Virus record (IMG/VR): IMGVR_UViG_3300017917_001903
Span: 22,857-86,856 of that record
Reading direction: 5' to 3' (one strand)
Length of the DNA: 64,000 nucleotides
Origin: a virus
Part shown: positions 18,444 to 27,949 of the stretch, piece after piece
Position numbering within the stretch: the first letter of the stretch is position 1
How the letters are laid out: each line of letters begins with the position of its first letter
Program-made: the position numbers and the translations under genes
Notes under the pieces: model-generated
The model's database searches: none
Told to the model about the DNA's origin: nothing
What the model saw: the letters and a program-made list of their open reading frames with translations, nothing else

Positions 18444-18818
18444 TTATGCTAGGGGAATTTCGATTAAATCATGTTCGCGATCAATATACTTCATCTGCAC
18501 ATTAACCGGATCAAACTCCTGGATAGCGTTAACTACATCATACGGGTCTAACGTACTACATGTATAAACATCTAGTTGCATTAGGGCAGGTTCTTCCTCG
18601 TCCCAAACATGCATTGCTATATGACTAGTCTCAATAATAGTTACCGCTGTGAGTCCTCTGTTGCCTACCATTTCGCTGTAAACAGAATACGGACCCATTA
18701 AGATTTTCATATCAATTTTTGCTACTAGCGTTCTCATCCATTCATTAATGGCTTCTGAACATTTTGGCGGATTATTCAATTCAGCACGTACAATTAAGTG
18801 CTTATGAAATAATGCCAT
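18444..18818 (-). CDS. speD: S-adenosylmethionine decarboxylase proenzyme-like (pyruvoyl) protein
   Basis: HKHLI, IIETSHIAMHVW, QLDVYTC. Confidence 0.82.
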   Translation of the reverse strand: MALFHKHLIVRAELNNPPKCSEAINEWMRTLVAKIDMKILMGPYSVYSEMVGNRGLTAVTIIETSHIAMHVWDEEEPALMQLDVYTCSTLDPYDVVNAIQEFDPVNVQMKYIDREHDLIEIPLA

Positions 18819-18832
18819 CTACCTATACCTCT

Positions 18833-19015
18833 CTATTGATCAATTTTTAGTAATTCAATATCACCCTTTACTCTACGCCACTTTACAAAATTATTCTTAA
18901 TCATCAAGTCTATAGTAATTGATGAGCCGCGTCTAACACCGTAACTAAAGCCAAAGTGTAAGCCTACTAGTGTGCCAACGATGTACCCAACAATTAATAC
19001 TAGTTCTACAGACAT
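18833..19015 (-). CDS. Small membrane protein
   Basis: N-terminal TM segment. Confidence 0.55.
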   Translation of the reverse strand: MSVELVLIVGYIVGTLVGLHFGFSYGVRRGSSITIDLMIKNNFVKWRRVKGDIELLKIDQ

Positions 19016-19050
19016 CAGTTAAATCCTTCAGTGAGTTTTATTTATATCAT

Positions 19051-19800
19051 TTAGTCCCAGAGGTTCTCATAATAACGACCAAAAAGTCTAAAGCCATTGC
19101 TGATACGCTTCTGGTAAGCCTTCAGTCCCTTCATGTCAACCTTGTGTGTATCATTAGGTCCTTTGACCAGTTGATATAACTTAGGCTTGCCGTTCTCATC
19201 AAACTCAGTTGCTTTGCTAACAAAATCATACTCACCAGTGTAGAACTGATCTTCCCATTTACCTTCATCTAGTTTACTGCGGAAGGCAAAGATCATTTCG
19301 TCAAGCACCCACTCCCAACGCTTAAAGTGCAAGTCATCTACAGCACCACAGTCTTTGTCCTTTTCACTTAGTGGAGGTGCGCTGGTGCTACGCAATTCCT
19401 TGGGCACATCCTTGTCGTCTACAAAAGGTGCGCCATGCTTAGTCTTTTGCAGTTGCTCTAGCATAGGCAATACAATATATGCTAGAGTATGATCCATACT
19501 CCAGGTATCCCAACGGTCAATATGTACTTGTAACTTACGCTTCTTCTTGCTGTCCACCCATAGTAGAAACTTGTAAAGCCAAGTGGTTGGGCGATCGTCT
19601 CTCCATTGACTGATTGGATTCTCTGGTGTAGGGTCAGGTAGAACGCTACCATGTGCAAGCCATTCGCCAAAGTCGTGAACCCAATCAGGCTTGCTTTCAA
19701 TACCCCATTCGTCTTTGACTGGCTTGGCCCAGAAGCAGAGCAGTTCTGCTAGCTGGTATGGACCAAACCAATTCTTATATGGTCCAATTTTAACTTTCAT
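19051..19800 (-). CDS. Myophage hypothetical protein
   Basis: IDRWDTWSMDHTLAYIVLPML..L..TKHG; ends GFRLFGRYYENLWD. Confidence 0.7.
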   Translation of the reverse strand: MKVKIGPYKNWFGPYQLAELLCFWAKPVKDEWGIESKPDWVHDFGEWLAHGSVLPDPTPENPISQWRDDRPTTWLYKFLLWVDSKKKRKLQVHIDRWDTWSMDHTLAYIVLPMLEQLQKTKHGAPFVDDKDVPKELRSTSAPPLSEKDKDCGAVDDLHFKRWEWVLDEMIFAFRSKLDEGKWEDQFYTGEYDFVSKATEFDENGKPKLYQLVKGPNDTHKVDMKGLKAYQKRISNGFRLFGRYYENLWD

Positions 19801-20272
19801 TTTGTTGTTCCTTAGTAAGTTTGCATACTGCAATGAAGTAGTCAAATGCATCACGTACATTAGGGTTCTGCATCAGCTTATTAGCTTCTTCCATCATTGC
19901 ATCAATGCCAGCCTCTGCAATATCGCGCATACTTGAACCTTGCAGTGTAGCAAGTTCGTCGCCAAATGCTTCAGCAAGTTTCTTCCATGCACGTTGCTGT
20001 GCTGGAGTGATAGGTGTCTTAGCTGGACGAAGTTCGCTGGCCTTGTGCATAGCTTTACACATTGCATCTTCTGCAACACGGCCAGCGGCAATCATTGCCG
20101 CATAGTTAGGGTCAATGTTGAAACGACGACTTGATCCGCCTGGGTATACCATAACCAAATGATTACCCTTTGGAAACGCATCTAGAAGATCATTGTCATA
20201 TTCGCTTACAGGAATATAACGACGACCCACCTTTTCGTAAAAAATCTTTTTCATGTGAAACCCGTTAGGCAT
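19790..20272 (-). CDS. Hypothetical protein
   Basis: FYEKVGRRYIPVSEY; packed operon. Confidence 0.65.
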   Translation of the reverse strand: MPNGFHMKKIFYEKVGRRYIPVSEYDNDLLDAFPKGNHLVMVYPGGSSRRFNIDPNYAAMIAAGRVAEDAMCKAMHKASELRPAKTPITPAQQRAWKKLAEAFGDELATLQGSSMRDIAEAGIDAMMEEANKLMQNPNVRDAFDYFIAVCKLTKEQQNES

Positions 20273-20507
20273 TTGTTAGTTTGAGATTTAATACAAAGTT
20301 TTCAACAAGTAGTTTAGTCAATGATGCAAGTGCAACAGTAAATTGTTCATCCTTGGGTACTTGGCTAAACAATTCTAGAAGATGTGAAGCCATAAGTGCA
20401 TATGCTTCATCTTCGCCAATGTTGAGCATACCCCAATCAATGGGGTCTCCTAGTTCAACCTCTTTTGCAAGGCTTACTAAATCAGCTAATGTTAGAGGTT
20501 GCGACAT
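20265..20507 (-). CDS. Hypothetical protein
   Basis: ORF in packed operon. Confidence 0.6.
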   Translation of the reverse strand: MSQPLTLADLVSLAKEVELGDPIDWGMLNIGEDEAYALMASHLLELFSQVPKDEQFTVALASLTKLLVENFVLNLKLTNA

Positions 20508-20796
20508 TGTTTTCCTTTGCTTTACGATTACGAACTGTCCACGGATCTCGGGTTACTAGTAAACGATCAAACGCTTTGCGGACGATAGCATCCTGCTCTT
20601 GTTCGCTGTATTCGCCATTACCACGACGATGCGCATAACTCCAAGAGCAGATGTTTTTAATTAAATCACCTACTACTTCGTGATCCATGACTACTTCTGC
20701 ATTCATTTGAATCTTGTGTAGCAGTTGTTCATAGACCTGTACCTTTTCACGTAGCTCTATGAGCTCACCTGCGTAACGTTCAAGCTCGAGGTTCAT
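20482..20796 (-). CDS. Hypothetical protein
   Basis: ORF; start at MNLELE. Confidence 0.6.
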   Translation of the reverse strand: MNLELERYAGELIELREKVQVYEQLLHKIQMNAEVVMDHEVVGDLIKNICSWSYAHRRGNGEYSEQEQDAIVRKAFDRLLVTRDPWTVRNRKAKENNVATSNIS

Positions 20797-20914
20797 CGTC
20801 TGGCTTCCCGTAATGAAATCCTTTTTCGTCCTCGTAACCTTCGGGCGCACGGTAAATCAAAAAGATTACAAAGCCTGCGGCCAGTAAAAACATTCCAAGT
20901 GCAACTTCCCACAT
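20780..20914 (-). CDS. Small membrane protein (44 aa), missing from ORF track
   Basis: MWEVALGMFLLAAGFVIFLIYRAPEGYEDEKGFHYGKPDDEPRA. Confidence 0.6.
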   Translation of the reverse strand: MWEVALGMFLLAAGFVIFLIYRAPEGYEDEKGFHYGKPDDEPRA

Positions 20915-20918
20915 CATA

Positions 20919-21125
20919 TTACCAATTCTCCACTCCTGAGATTTCTACGCGAAACTCTCCCGCTGTATTATTAACTGTTAAAGGAAAGTCTGCCTCTAGA
21001 ATATTGCCAATGCCATTACCTGCGCTTTGTCGCAGTGTAACAAACTCGCTGTCAAAATCATTCATCAGCTTGATGATTTGCTCAAGCTCTGATTTTTGTA
21101 ACAACATTTTTTTCATTTGCGGCAC
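20919..21125 (-). CDS. Hypothetical protein
   Basis: ORF ending VEISGVENW. Confidence 0.6.
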   Translation of the reverse strand: MPQMKKMLLQKSELEQIIKLMNDFDSEFVTLRQSAGNGIGNILEADFPLTVNNTAGEFRVEISGVENW

Positions 21126-21324
21126 TCATATATTTAGCGGTGACATACTTTGCAATCTTAGCATTAATCATTGCTGGGATTTCAATGTACGGAAATTCAA
21201 TTTGAAACTTACAAGTCTCTAACCAACGACCTTGCTCTAAATATATAGCATACTCTTTCAAATGATCTTCATTTGCTGGGTCAAATTTAACTTTATTGCG
21301 GACTGCTAATGAACTATATGACAT
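21082..21324 (-). CDS. Hypothetical protein
   Basis: AGGAGG RBS; FDPANEDH...FPYIEIP. Confidence 0.65.
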   Translation of the reverse strand: MSYSSLAVRNKVKFDPANEDHLKEYAIYLEQGRWLETCKFQIEFPYIEIPAMINAKIAKYVTAKYMSAANEKNVVTKIRA

Positions 21325-21415
21325 ATGCCCTCCTTAGGCAGTTAACTAACCTTTGTCAATAAAAGTAAGGGGCGTTACCGCCCCCTACCAGTTGAAGTAA
21401 CGTCAGTGTCACTAA

Positions 21416-21736
21416 TTACTCAGTAACAGCGGTCTCAACAGCAGGAGCCTGCGTTACAGGAGCCTGGTAGGACGGGAAAGCACGGATTGGTGACTTCTTG
21501 TCCCAACGCTTACCCTGGCGAACTTCAACAGTTACACCGCGGTCACGCTGTGTGTTGATATAGAGCGCCATATCAACATCTTCCTCAAGATAAGAGCTCT
21601 TGCCCTTAGTGTATGAGAACGCAGTAATCTTATCCGCGATACCGAGCTCAGCAAGCTCGCGGGTCTTTACTGCAAGCCAGCCGTGACCAGCATCAGAGTG
21701 AAAAAACTTAACAACATTTGCCTTAGACTTTGCCAT
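21416..21736 (-). CDS. Early hypothetical protein
   Basis: SDAGHGWLAV...YLEED; own promoter at about 21802-21833 and downstream hairpin. Confidence 0.7.
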   Translation of the reverse strand: MAKSKANVVKFFHSDAGHGWLAVKTRELAELGIADKITAFSYTKGKSSYLEEDVDMALYINTQRDRGVTVEVRQGKRWDKKSPIRAFPSYQAPVTQAPAVETAVTE

Positions 21737-21838
21737 GATGATATTTCCTTTTAGGTTAAATTTAAAATTGTAACAACGTTACTTCAACTTCTCAACAACA
21801 TACATAGTATAGCACTATGTTTCTTTTTGTCAACCGGT

Positions 21839-22291
21839 TTAGGAACCAGTTGTCAAAATCAGGTTATTGCCGTCCTGCACAAATCCTTCAATGAAGACGT
21901 GATGATCGTCTCCGCTTTGACGGATACATGCATTAGCGGCCATGTATATAGCGGCCCAAGTAGAACCGTATACTGCACAATGTACAGGCTTTTCGCCCCA
22001 GTGATCCTTGTACACAACAAACACATCACCAGCGAAAGGGTGGCGTTCGTTCAAATTCTCGATCTCGTAAACGCTCCAAATAGCGTCAAGACCAAGATCC
22101 TTGCGGACGCTTGCATAGTGATCTGACTTGCGCTCAAAGTCGCTACGTTCTTGCTCGTATGCACCCTTGAGCGCACCGCGAATAGTCTCAACAAGCTCGC
22201 TTACCTTAGGATTGTCTAAACAATCCAAATAGTAGAGGCTGTTATGGAGTGTCTTAAACTCTTCAGCTTTCAGTGTTACATCGCAGTTCAT
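21839..22291 (-). CDS. Early hypothetical protein
   Basis: ends GDDHHVFIEGF...TGS; own promoter at 22298-22350. Confidence 0.7.
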   Translation of the reverse strand: MNCDVTLKAEEFKTLHNSLYYLDCLDNPKVSELVETIRGALKGAYEQERSDFERKSDHYASVRKDLGLDAIWSVYEIENLNERHPFAGDVFVVYKDHWGEKPVHCAVYGSTWAAIYMAANACIRQSGDDHHVFIEGFVQDGNNLILTTGS

Positions 22292-22368
22292 ATCAGTCCT
22301 TTATCAAACACTATATGTATATTATACCGGAATTTCGCAAAAGGTCAACCACTTGTAAGTTGTTGTTT

Positions 22369-22623
22369 TTACACAACAATTTTAGCGACCCCGTACAGCA
22401 AAAAGCCCAAACATACAGCATTCACCAAAAAAAGTGCGGATTCGCGCATTTTGTAAGCAGCCACTAACCACAAAAACGTGCCCAGTGCGCCAGCAACAAG
22501 ATCAATGTTATGGTACTCAAAAGCACGGGCGGCAGTAGCAACAATAATCAGTGCCGTAGCACCCCACTTAATACCATTCAATGCACTATCCTTCTTTCTC
22601 ACTATATACATAGTATAGCACAT
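22369..22623 (-). CDS. Small multi-pass membrane protein (true start downstream, about 22581)
   Basis: Three hydrophobic segments; MCYTMYIVR is translated promoter sequence. Confidence 0.6.
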   Translation of the reverse strand: MCYTMYIVRKKDSALNGIKWGATALIIVATAARAFEYHNIDLVAGALGTFLWLVAAYKMRESALFLVNAVCLGFLLYGVAKIVV

Positions 22624-22706
22624 AGCAGGAAAAGGTCAACCGGTTTTTGACCAAAAAGAAACCCTTGCAAATCAATGACTTACAAGGGTCGCTAAGTTGT
22701 TGATTT
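22596..22706 (-). promoter_or_regulatory. Early promoter cassette with two IHF-consensus sites
   Basis: Near-identical to 18308-18354; AATCAATGACTTA (22670-22682) and TAAGTTGTTGATT (22693-22705). Confidence 0.72.
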
Positions 22707-22714
22707 TATTAGGT

Positions 22715-22933
22715 TTATTTTAGCGGCTTTTTAAGCCCAATTTGTTGTGTTTTTACAACACGCATAATCAGGAAAAACGCTGAAATAAGCAATTGTAGCA
22801 GAACAAACCAACCAAACCCAATATGGAAACCATCAATAATCCATACAGCTAGTGCTACTGCTAAACTAACTGCACAGCTCTTGGCTAATATAGCCCACAC
22901 TTCTTGCATATTATTAAATCTCCAGTACTTCAA
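22715..22933 (-). CDS. Small membrane protein
   Basis: Two TM segments. Confidence 0.55.
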   Translation of the reverse strand: MKYWRFNNMQEVWAILAKSCAVSLAVALAVWIIDGFHIGFGWFVLLQLLISAFFLIMRVVKTQQIGLKKPLK

Positions 22934-23732
22934 ATTTGTCTAGGATTGAGTAAAAGTTAAAATTGTAAAACTTGTGTTTCAACGGCTTTACACGACAACG
23001 TAGTGTAATTGGTCTAGATGCAATCACAGATAAGAACGGAATCAGCGAATTCTTAAGTTCTGTTGCCAACGAATAAAGATATCCGTTAGAATCAGTAAAA
23101 TAAAATTGATGTACCTTTTGATGCCGCCTATCAACCTTAACTTGATCAACTAGGTTAAGTGTAACTACCTTAAACTCAGATACATTGCCACTGTCGGTTT
23201 CTGCGGAAGATACACTCTTATACTCACTAGTGAGCTTTTCAAGTTTAATATCTTCATTATAGAAGCTGGGCAGTTTAATCAGCATTGGCATAAAACTGCG
23301 CTTAGTTTGGCACATGTCTAGCAGAGCTAGTGCCATGATAAGATCGCTACGATAGTCACTGCGCCGACGCTTTGAACTAAGAGTGTCAGTGATAATCTTA
23401 GCCCTATAGTACTCTTTAATCTCATCAGCTAGCTTAATGTTATCCTCTGAAATCTTTAGATCAGTTACAGATTCAACATGCATAGCATCAACGATTTCCC
23501 AAGTCTGCCTACCATTTTCTAGTAACTGAAGGATGACTGCTAGTGGAGAAACAATATAATTAAGTACTGTTTCGTTGGTGTCTTTCTTACGTTTCCATGG
23601 CGATTCGTTTAGGATATCCCCTAGTGAAAATGTGTCCACAGTATCAGACGATCCAAGAGTAATTGTATTCATGTTATCAAATACGATAGTAGGACTGTCG
23701 CTTATTGAAATAGTGTAATCGTCGTCACCCAT
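22914..23732 (-). CDS. Hypothetical protein
   Basis: 272-aa ORF downstream of tRNA-Leu. Confidence 0.65.
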   Translation of the reverse strand: MGDDDYTISISDSPTIVFDNMNTITLGSSDTVDTFSLGDILNESPWKRKKDTNETVLNYIVSPLAVILQLLENGRQTWEIVDAMHVESVTDLKISEDNIKLADEIKEYYRAKIITDTLSSKRRRSDYRSDLIMALALLDMCQTKRSFMPMLIKLPSFYNEDIKLEKLTSEYKSVSSAETDSGNVSEFKVVTLNLVDQVKVDRRHQKVHQFYFTDSNGYLYSLATELKNSLIPFLSVIASRPITLRCRVKPLKHKFYNFNFYSILDKFEVLEI

Positions 23733-23757
23733 GTGTGTGTGTCCTATAAAATAAAAA

Positions 23758-23841
23758 TGGTACGGATGGCCGGACTCGAACCGGCACGGATCAACCGAGG
23801 GATTTTAAGTCCCTTGCGTCTACCAATTTCGCCACACCCGC
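23758..23841 (-). tRNA. tRNA-Leu (UAA)
   Basis: GCGGGTG...GGGACTTAAAATCCC...GGTTCGAGTCC...ACCA; long V arm. Confidence 0.93.
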
Positions 23842-23860
23842 ATATAAACATTCAACTCTT

Positions 23861-23966
23861 AAACTAGACCCCGCACTCGTTTTGTCGAGTTGTATCTACT
23901 GATACTGCACCTCACGAAGCCGCCCCTTTAAGAGGTTTTCAACACTCTATCAGCCCCGTCTAGTTT
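23861..23966 (-). ncRNA. Candidate structured RNA between tRNA-Arg and tRNA-Leu
   Basis: AAACTAGAC/GTCTAGTTT closing stem; CTGATA/TATCAG, CCTC/GGGG and CTCG/CGAG inner stems. Confidence 0.45.
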
Positions 23967-23992
23967 ATGCCCTCGTCTTTCCCTCTGTAATC

Positions 23993-24069
23993 TGGCCTGC
24001 CGAGAGGGGCTCGAACCCCCGACCTAGAGCTTAGAAGGCTCTTGCTCTATCCAGCTGAGCTACCGGCAG
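23993..24069 (-). tRNA. tRNA-Arg (UCU)
   Basis: CTGCCGG TAGCTCAGCTGGATAGAGC AAGAGCCTTCTAAGCTCT...GGTTCGAGCC...GCCA. Confidence 0.93.
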
Positions 24070-24131
24070 ATATGTAACGCTTTATTTATACCTTCATTAT
24101 ACAAGGTTTTTAATTTTTGTCAATAAAAAAA

Positions 24132-25421
24132 TTAAATCTTTTCGCCTGGTGCAAATCCACGGAATCGAAGGAAACGTGGAAAACGCAAACTATAGCTACC
24201 ATCCTGATTTTGTGTTACAGCATCAGCGCGGACTTCAACAATGTTACCAATACAGCTATCGCGGTGATTCCAAAAATCATCTCGATTAGCATCACTAAAG
24301 CCACTCCCAACATTGACAGTAATAGTTTTCCCGTCGTCAACTCCGGAGCAAACAAAAGCGCCAAGTCGTCCCACGTTTCTACCAGTGCCTTCTTCAACAT
24401 GAGTTACCTCCAAAGAAACTTCAATGAAGGGCTTGAGCTTGAGCCAGGCTGTGCTACGCTTGCACTCATACGGAGCATTCAAGTCCTTAATCATGATACC
24501 TTCGTAACCATTTTCTACTGCACTCTTGTTGTACATAGAAAACAACTTTTGTCCTTGATCCGTGTCGAGGTCAACTGTTGCATGATCAAGTACAGTTACG
24601 TTGGGCAACTTGGTCATGTTATCTTCGTACCATTGCTTAAGCCAAGCAGTACGTTCATGTTGCTTAACTGTAAACTTACCCTCTTGAAACTTATCAAGTG
24701 GAATAATATCAAACAAGTGCAACACAGCATCACCGGCTGTTACGTTTTCCTTGCGGTGAACCTGCTTCATCAGATCCTGGAAACTGCTGCTCATAATCTC
24801 CCCGTCGAAAACGGTCGGTGAGCTCAACTTGCTCGCTACTGTTGCGAACTGCTCTTTGATGTGTCCAAAGTTTAACAACTCCTTGCCATTGCGACTGAAC
24901 TGGTCCACTCGCCCATCTGGATATACTACGGTCAAGACTCGCACACCATCCAGTTTTACTTCGATCATTTTCTTGCCGCATACTTTGCTTTCATGGTTAG
25001 CACTGTCATGACTTAGCTGACATTCAAAAATAGGGATAGCACCCTTAACTACTTTGTTGATAGTTTTTTCGCTTACGCCACAGCGTAGATCCTTAATAAG
25101 AATGCGACGATACCAATGATTCCACTGCTCTTGTGTAGCAGAGTTCATCATTGTTGTTACCATATCGCGAGCTGTATTGCCGGTGACGTTGCGAGTAACG
25201 AAACCAGTAAGAGCGAGAGTAAAACTATCCCAATCCAGACCAGGACCATCTTCATTTGTTTTCTCCGGAATTTGTTTAAGCCCAAATGTAATCATTGGGT
25301 CAAGTGCTAGTCGGCAACCTTCTAAGAATAGGCTGTTGTCATGATTAGCTTCAATAATCTGCTCCTTGTTGGTACGCAGATTGTGTTCTTCTAGGTCCTT
25401 GATAATTTGCCAGGGTTCCAT
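24132..25421 (-). CDS. ATP-dependent DNA ligase
   Basis: KLDGVR (adenylated Lys), FDGEI, EGIMIK, KLKP, SLRFPRF. Confidence 0.95.
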   Translation of the reverse strand: MEPWQIIKDLEEHNLRTNKEQIIEANHDNSLFLEGCRLALDPMITFGLKQIPEKTNEDGPGLDWDSFTLALTGFVTRNVTGNTARDMVTTMMNSATQEQWNHWYRRILIKDLRCGVSEKTINKVVKGAIPIFECQLSHDSANHESKVCGKKMIEVKLDGVRVLTVVYPDGRVDQFSRNGKELLNFGHIKEQFATVASKLSSPTVFDGEIMSSSFQDLMKQVHRKENVTAGDAVLHLFDIIPLDKFQEGKFTVKQHERTAWLKQWYEDNMTKLPNVTVLDHATVDLDTDQGQKLFSMYNKSAVENGYEGIMIKDLNAPYECKRSTAWLKLKPFIEVSLEVTHVEEGTGRNVGRLGAFVCSGVDDGKTITVNVGSGFSDANRDDFWNHRDSCIGNIVEVRADAVTQNQDGSYSLRFPRFLRFRGFAPGEKI

Positions 25422-25422
25422 A

Positions 25423-25962
25423 TTACCTCGGTAGTACATTAAAATGTTTAAAGGTTCGTTGTACGCATACTGCCTGCCAGTATGAGTCCTCGTCTGCACT
25501 GTGTAGGTTTTGCTGAATCTCTTTGCGAGGATCCTTCGGCATCATATTAAAGATTGTGCGGCAATCACATACTTGCCAATACGCCCAGTTACGATGATGG
25601 TCAAACTGCCGGAACAGGTCTTCTAGGATCACCATGTCAAACTGTGGACCTTGGCACCAAATCTTATCTACACCAACTAGATAACGATTTAGGTCTTTAA
25701 AGAACATGTCAAGATCAACACGCCCAAATTCGCTAAATGCTTCTTCTCGAATATGTTCTGCTTGTTTGCCCCACCACTCTAGCGTACCTTGATCCACACT
25801 GCGATCAGCTTTTAACTGTTCATCTGCGCTAGGACGCCAAAGTGTTTTTGAGTGGGGCTCGTTAAGTGTATAAGGGTCAAACTTAACAGCACCAACACTA
25901 AGTACTACGCAATCTGGATTAGTACCTAATGTTTCAATATCGATCATTGCATGTGTGGTCAT
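25423..25962 (-). CDS. DEDD 3'-5' exonuclease (RNase AS/DexA-like)
   Basis: MIDIETL, QFDMVIL, DCRT, HSADED. Confidence 0.8.
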   Translation of the reverse strand: MTTHAMIDIETLGTNPDCVVLSVGAVKFDPYTLNEPHSKTLWRPSADEQLKADRSVDQGTLEWWGKQAEHIREEAFSEFGRVDLDMFFKDLNRYLVGVDKIWCQGPQFDMVILEDLFRQFDHHRNWAYWQVCDCRTIFNMMPKDPRKEIQQNLHSADEDSYWQAVCVQRTFKHFNVLPR

Positions 25963-25997
25963 ATTGCTAGTATAACACAACTGCAATGTTTGTCAAG

Positions 25998-26855
25998 TCA
26001 TAATGTGATAGTTTCTTCGTCTGCAATTCGATCTTTTTCAACTGCACCAAGCTGACCGGCTCCTTTAACGCCTTTGGCCCATTTCATTTTAACAAAAGGA
26101 TCTTGCTTACCAGCAACAACATTGTCCCACCATGTGCTGTGTTGACCAATTTTATCCAAGAACCATGCTAATTTATATGCCGTGGCTACTCGGGCTTGTT
26201 GCATAGTTGGATGACCAAAATCTTTAGGATCGCTCGGGTTACCTTCCATGTACTTGCGATTTTGGAAAGTTGAGTCATCGTTGTTGCCTGTAATGTCGGC
26301 ACGGTCATGTGTAACATTTACATCTGTGCGTTCAAAGATGTCTAGCATATATGCAATGTGGCTTAGCCAAGCATCATTTTGTGCATTCTGGCTAAGATGA
26401 TCTAACAACATATACCAGTCACGTGGAACAATTGGGAAAATAGCGTAAGGATGACCATTATGGTTATCAGTTGGTGCTAGTAACTTAAACTGCCCATCGT
26501 ACCCGCGAATGATATCATCCCAACCTTCGCTGTTCATGATTGCATCATCATTCCAAAAGAATAGCCAATCCCCGTTGCTGTATCCTGCTAGTGTATTAAC
26601 ATATGTGTGCAAGTTTTCATAACCAAGTGGTTTAAAAACATTTGCGCGGCACTCAACATTATACTTCATTAACATTGGTGCAATTTCTTTTTTAATGTAT
26701 TCAGTTGTAGCTTGATCGTCGTCATCGAGGCCAAGTAACAGTTCAACACGGTTAGGCTGTGCAGCCTTTGTAATTAAACTTTCTAGACTATTCTTCAAGG
26801 TCTCAGTACGACCGCGAGTAGGGAGAAGAATTGAGATGATTGTATCACTTGCCAT
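25998..26855 (-). CDS. Glycosyltransferase family 2
   Basis: ISILLPTRGR, LDDDD, FFWNDD. Confidence 0.8.
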   Translation of the reverse strand: MASDTIISILLPTRGRTETLKNSLESLITKAAQPNRVELLLGLDDDDQATTEYIKKEIAPMLMKYNVECRANVFKPLGYENLHTYVNTLAGYSNGDWLFFWNDDAIMNSEGWDDIIRGYDGQFKLLAPTDNHNGHPYAIFPIVPRDWYMLLDHLSQNAQNDAWLSHIAYMLDIFERTDVNVTHDRADITGNNDDSTFQNRKYMEGNPSDPKDFGHPTMQQARVATAYKLAWFLDKIGQHSTWWDNVVAGKQDPFVKMKWAKGVKGAGQLGAVEKDRIADEETITL

Positions 26856-27783
26856 GCTTATTTTCACCTGTAAATAGTTTACGAATATTACCACGGAAGG
26901 TATAGTGACCAACGTGATTAAGTGCTGTGCGTGGATCCAAGTAAACTTCGCCGCCCATCTGCTGCCACAAACGGCAGAACATATAATCTTCACTTAGATA
27001 ACGTCTGCTCTCTGGGTCAATCATGGTATCAAACAGTGCATACATATATGGCTCAAACTTATTATCAACGTTGATGTCGTTTACATACTTGAGTTCTGGA
27101 TGAGCATCCATCATCTGTTGAATAACTTCTTTCTTGATGCACATAAAGCCTGTACCAGCATCTTTAAGTCGTACTAGGTTATCTACAATCTGTACCTGTG
27201 GAGTACGGTTGCCGTTTTCATCTTTGAGGAAGTCAAAGTTTACAACATAGTTTGAGCTGTGTCCTTCAATGGTATCCGGTGTCTCTTCGGGGATATTACG
27301 AGCAGCATGTACAATACTCTGCCAATTAATAGCCTTCTTAGGATAAGCACCAACTACAATTGGCTTGTCATAAGCTACTTGACGTAGTAGGTCTTCTGGT
27401 TGGAATTCAATGTCAGCATCAATAAAGAACAAGTGTGTAGCATCCTTATTTTCCATAAAGAAACTAACAAGTGTATTACGTCCGCGAGTAATCAAACTTT
27501 CGTTTGCAAGTGTGCTGATGGTATACTTAATATCGTACTTGTTGCACAAAATAGCAAGCCTCATCATACTACGGAAATACGGTTCGCCAATCTGGCCGCC
27601 ATAACACGGAGTAGCAATAAAGATATGTTTTGACCGTAATAGTCCAATTGGAATTTCAATTTTAGCATCAAGTAGACGATACATGACATCGTCTGTAGGT
27701 GCAGTATTTTCCGTTGATGCAGCAACCGGATTGGATTGCTTTTGTGATTTGGCAGCAACTCTGCGTTGATTTCTGTTTGACAT
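26845..27783 (-). CDS. GT-A fold glycosyltransferase
   Basis: IATPCYGG, ESLITRGRN, LFFIDADI, GTGFM, LSEDYMFC..W. Confidence 0.8.
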   Translation of the reverse strand: MSNRNQRRVAAKSQKQSNPVAASTENTAPTDDVMYRLLDAKIEIPIGLLRSKHIFIATPCYGGQIGEPYFRSMMRLAILCNKYDIKYTISTLANESLITRGRNTLVSFFMENKDATHLFFIDADIEFQPEDLLRQVAYDKPIVVGAYPKKAINWQSIVHAARNIPEETPDTIEGHSSNYVVNFDFLKDENGNRTPQVQIVDNLVRLKDAGTGFMCIKKEVIQQMMDAHPELKYVNDINVDNKFEPYMYALFDTMIDPESRRYLSEDYMFCRLWQQMGGEVYLDPRTALNHVGHYTFRGNIRKLFTGENKHGK

Positions 27784-27873
27784 AATAATCCTGTATCTGT
27801 GTGTTATGTTTTCTACACTTGAAAAACCCGCATATTGCGCATCGTTGAGAGGCTTTTTGGGTGTTGTTAAACT

Positions 27874-27949
27874 TGGTGGAGGATAACGGGATCGAACCGT
27901 TGACCTATAGCTTGCAAAGCTACCGCTCTCCCAGCTGAGCTAATCCCCC
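27874..27949 (-). tRNA. tRNA-Ala (UGC)
   Basis: GGGGGAT...TAGCTTTGCAAGCTA...ATCCTCCACCA with G3:U70. Confidence 0.95.

Noticed and set aside
20780-20914. Possible frameshift in the T run near 20860
   Set aside because: The T5 run keeps the 44-aa ORF in frame.
23861-23966. Hammerhead ribozyme (CTGATAGAG)
   Set aside because: Does not match CUGANGA...GAAA; CTGATA pairs with TATCAG instead.
24117-24821. 234-aa plus-strand ORF
   Set aside because: Antisense to the DNA ligase.
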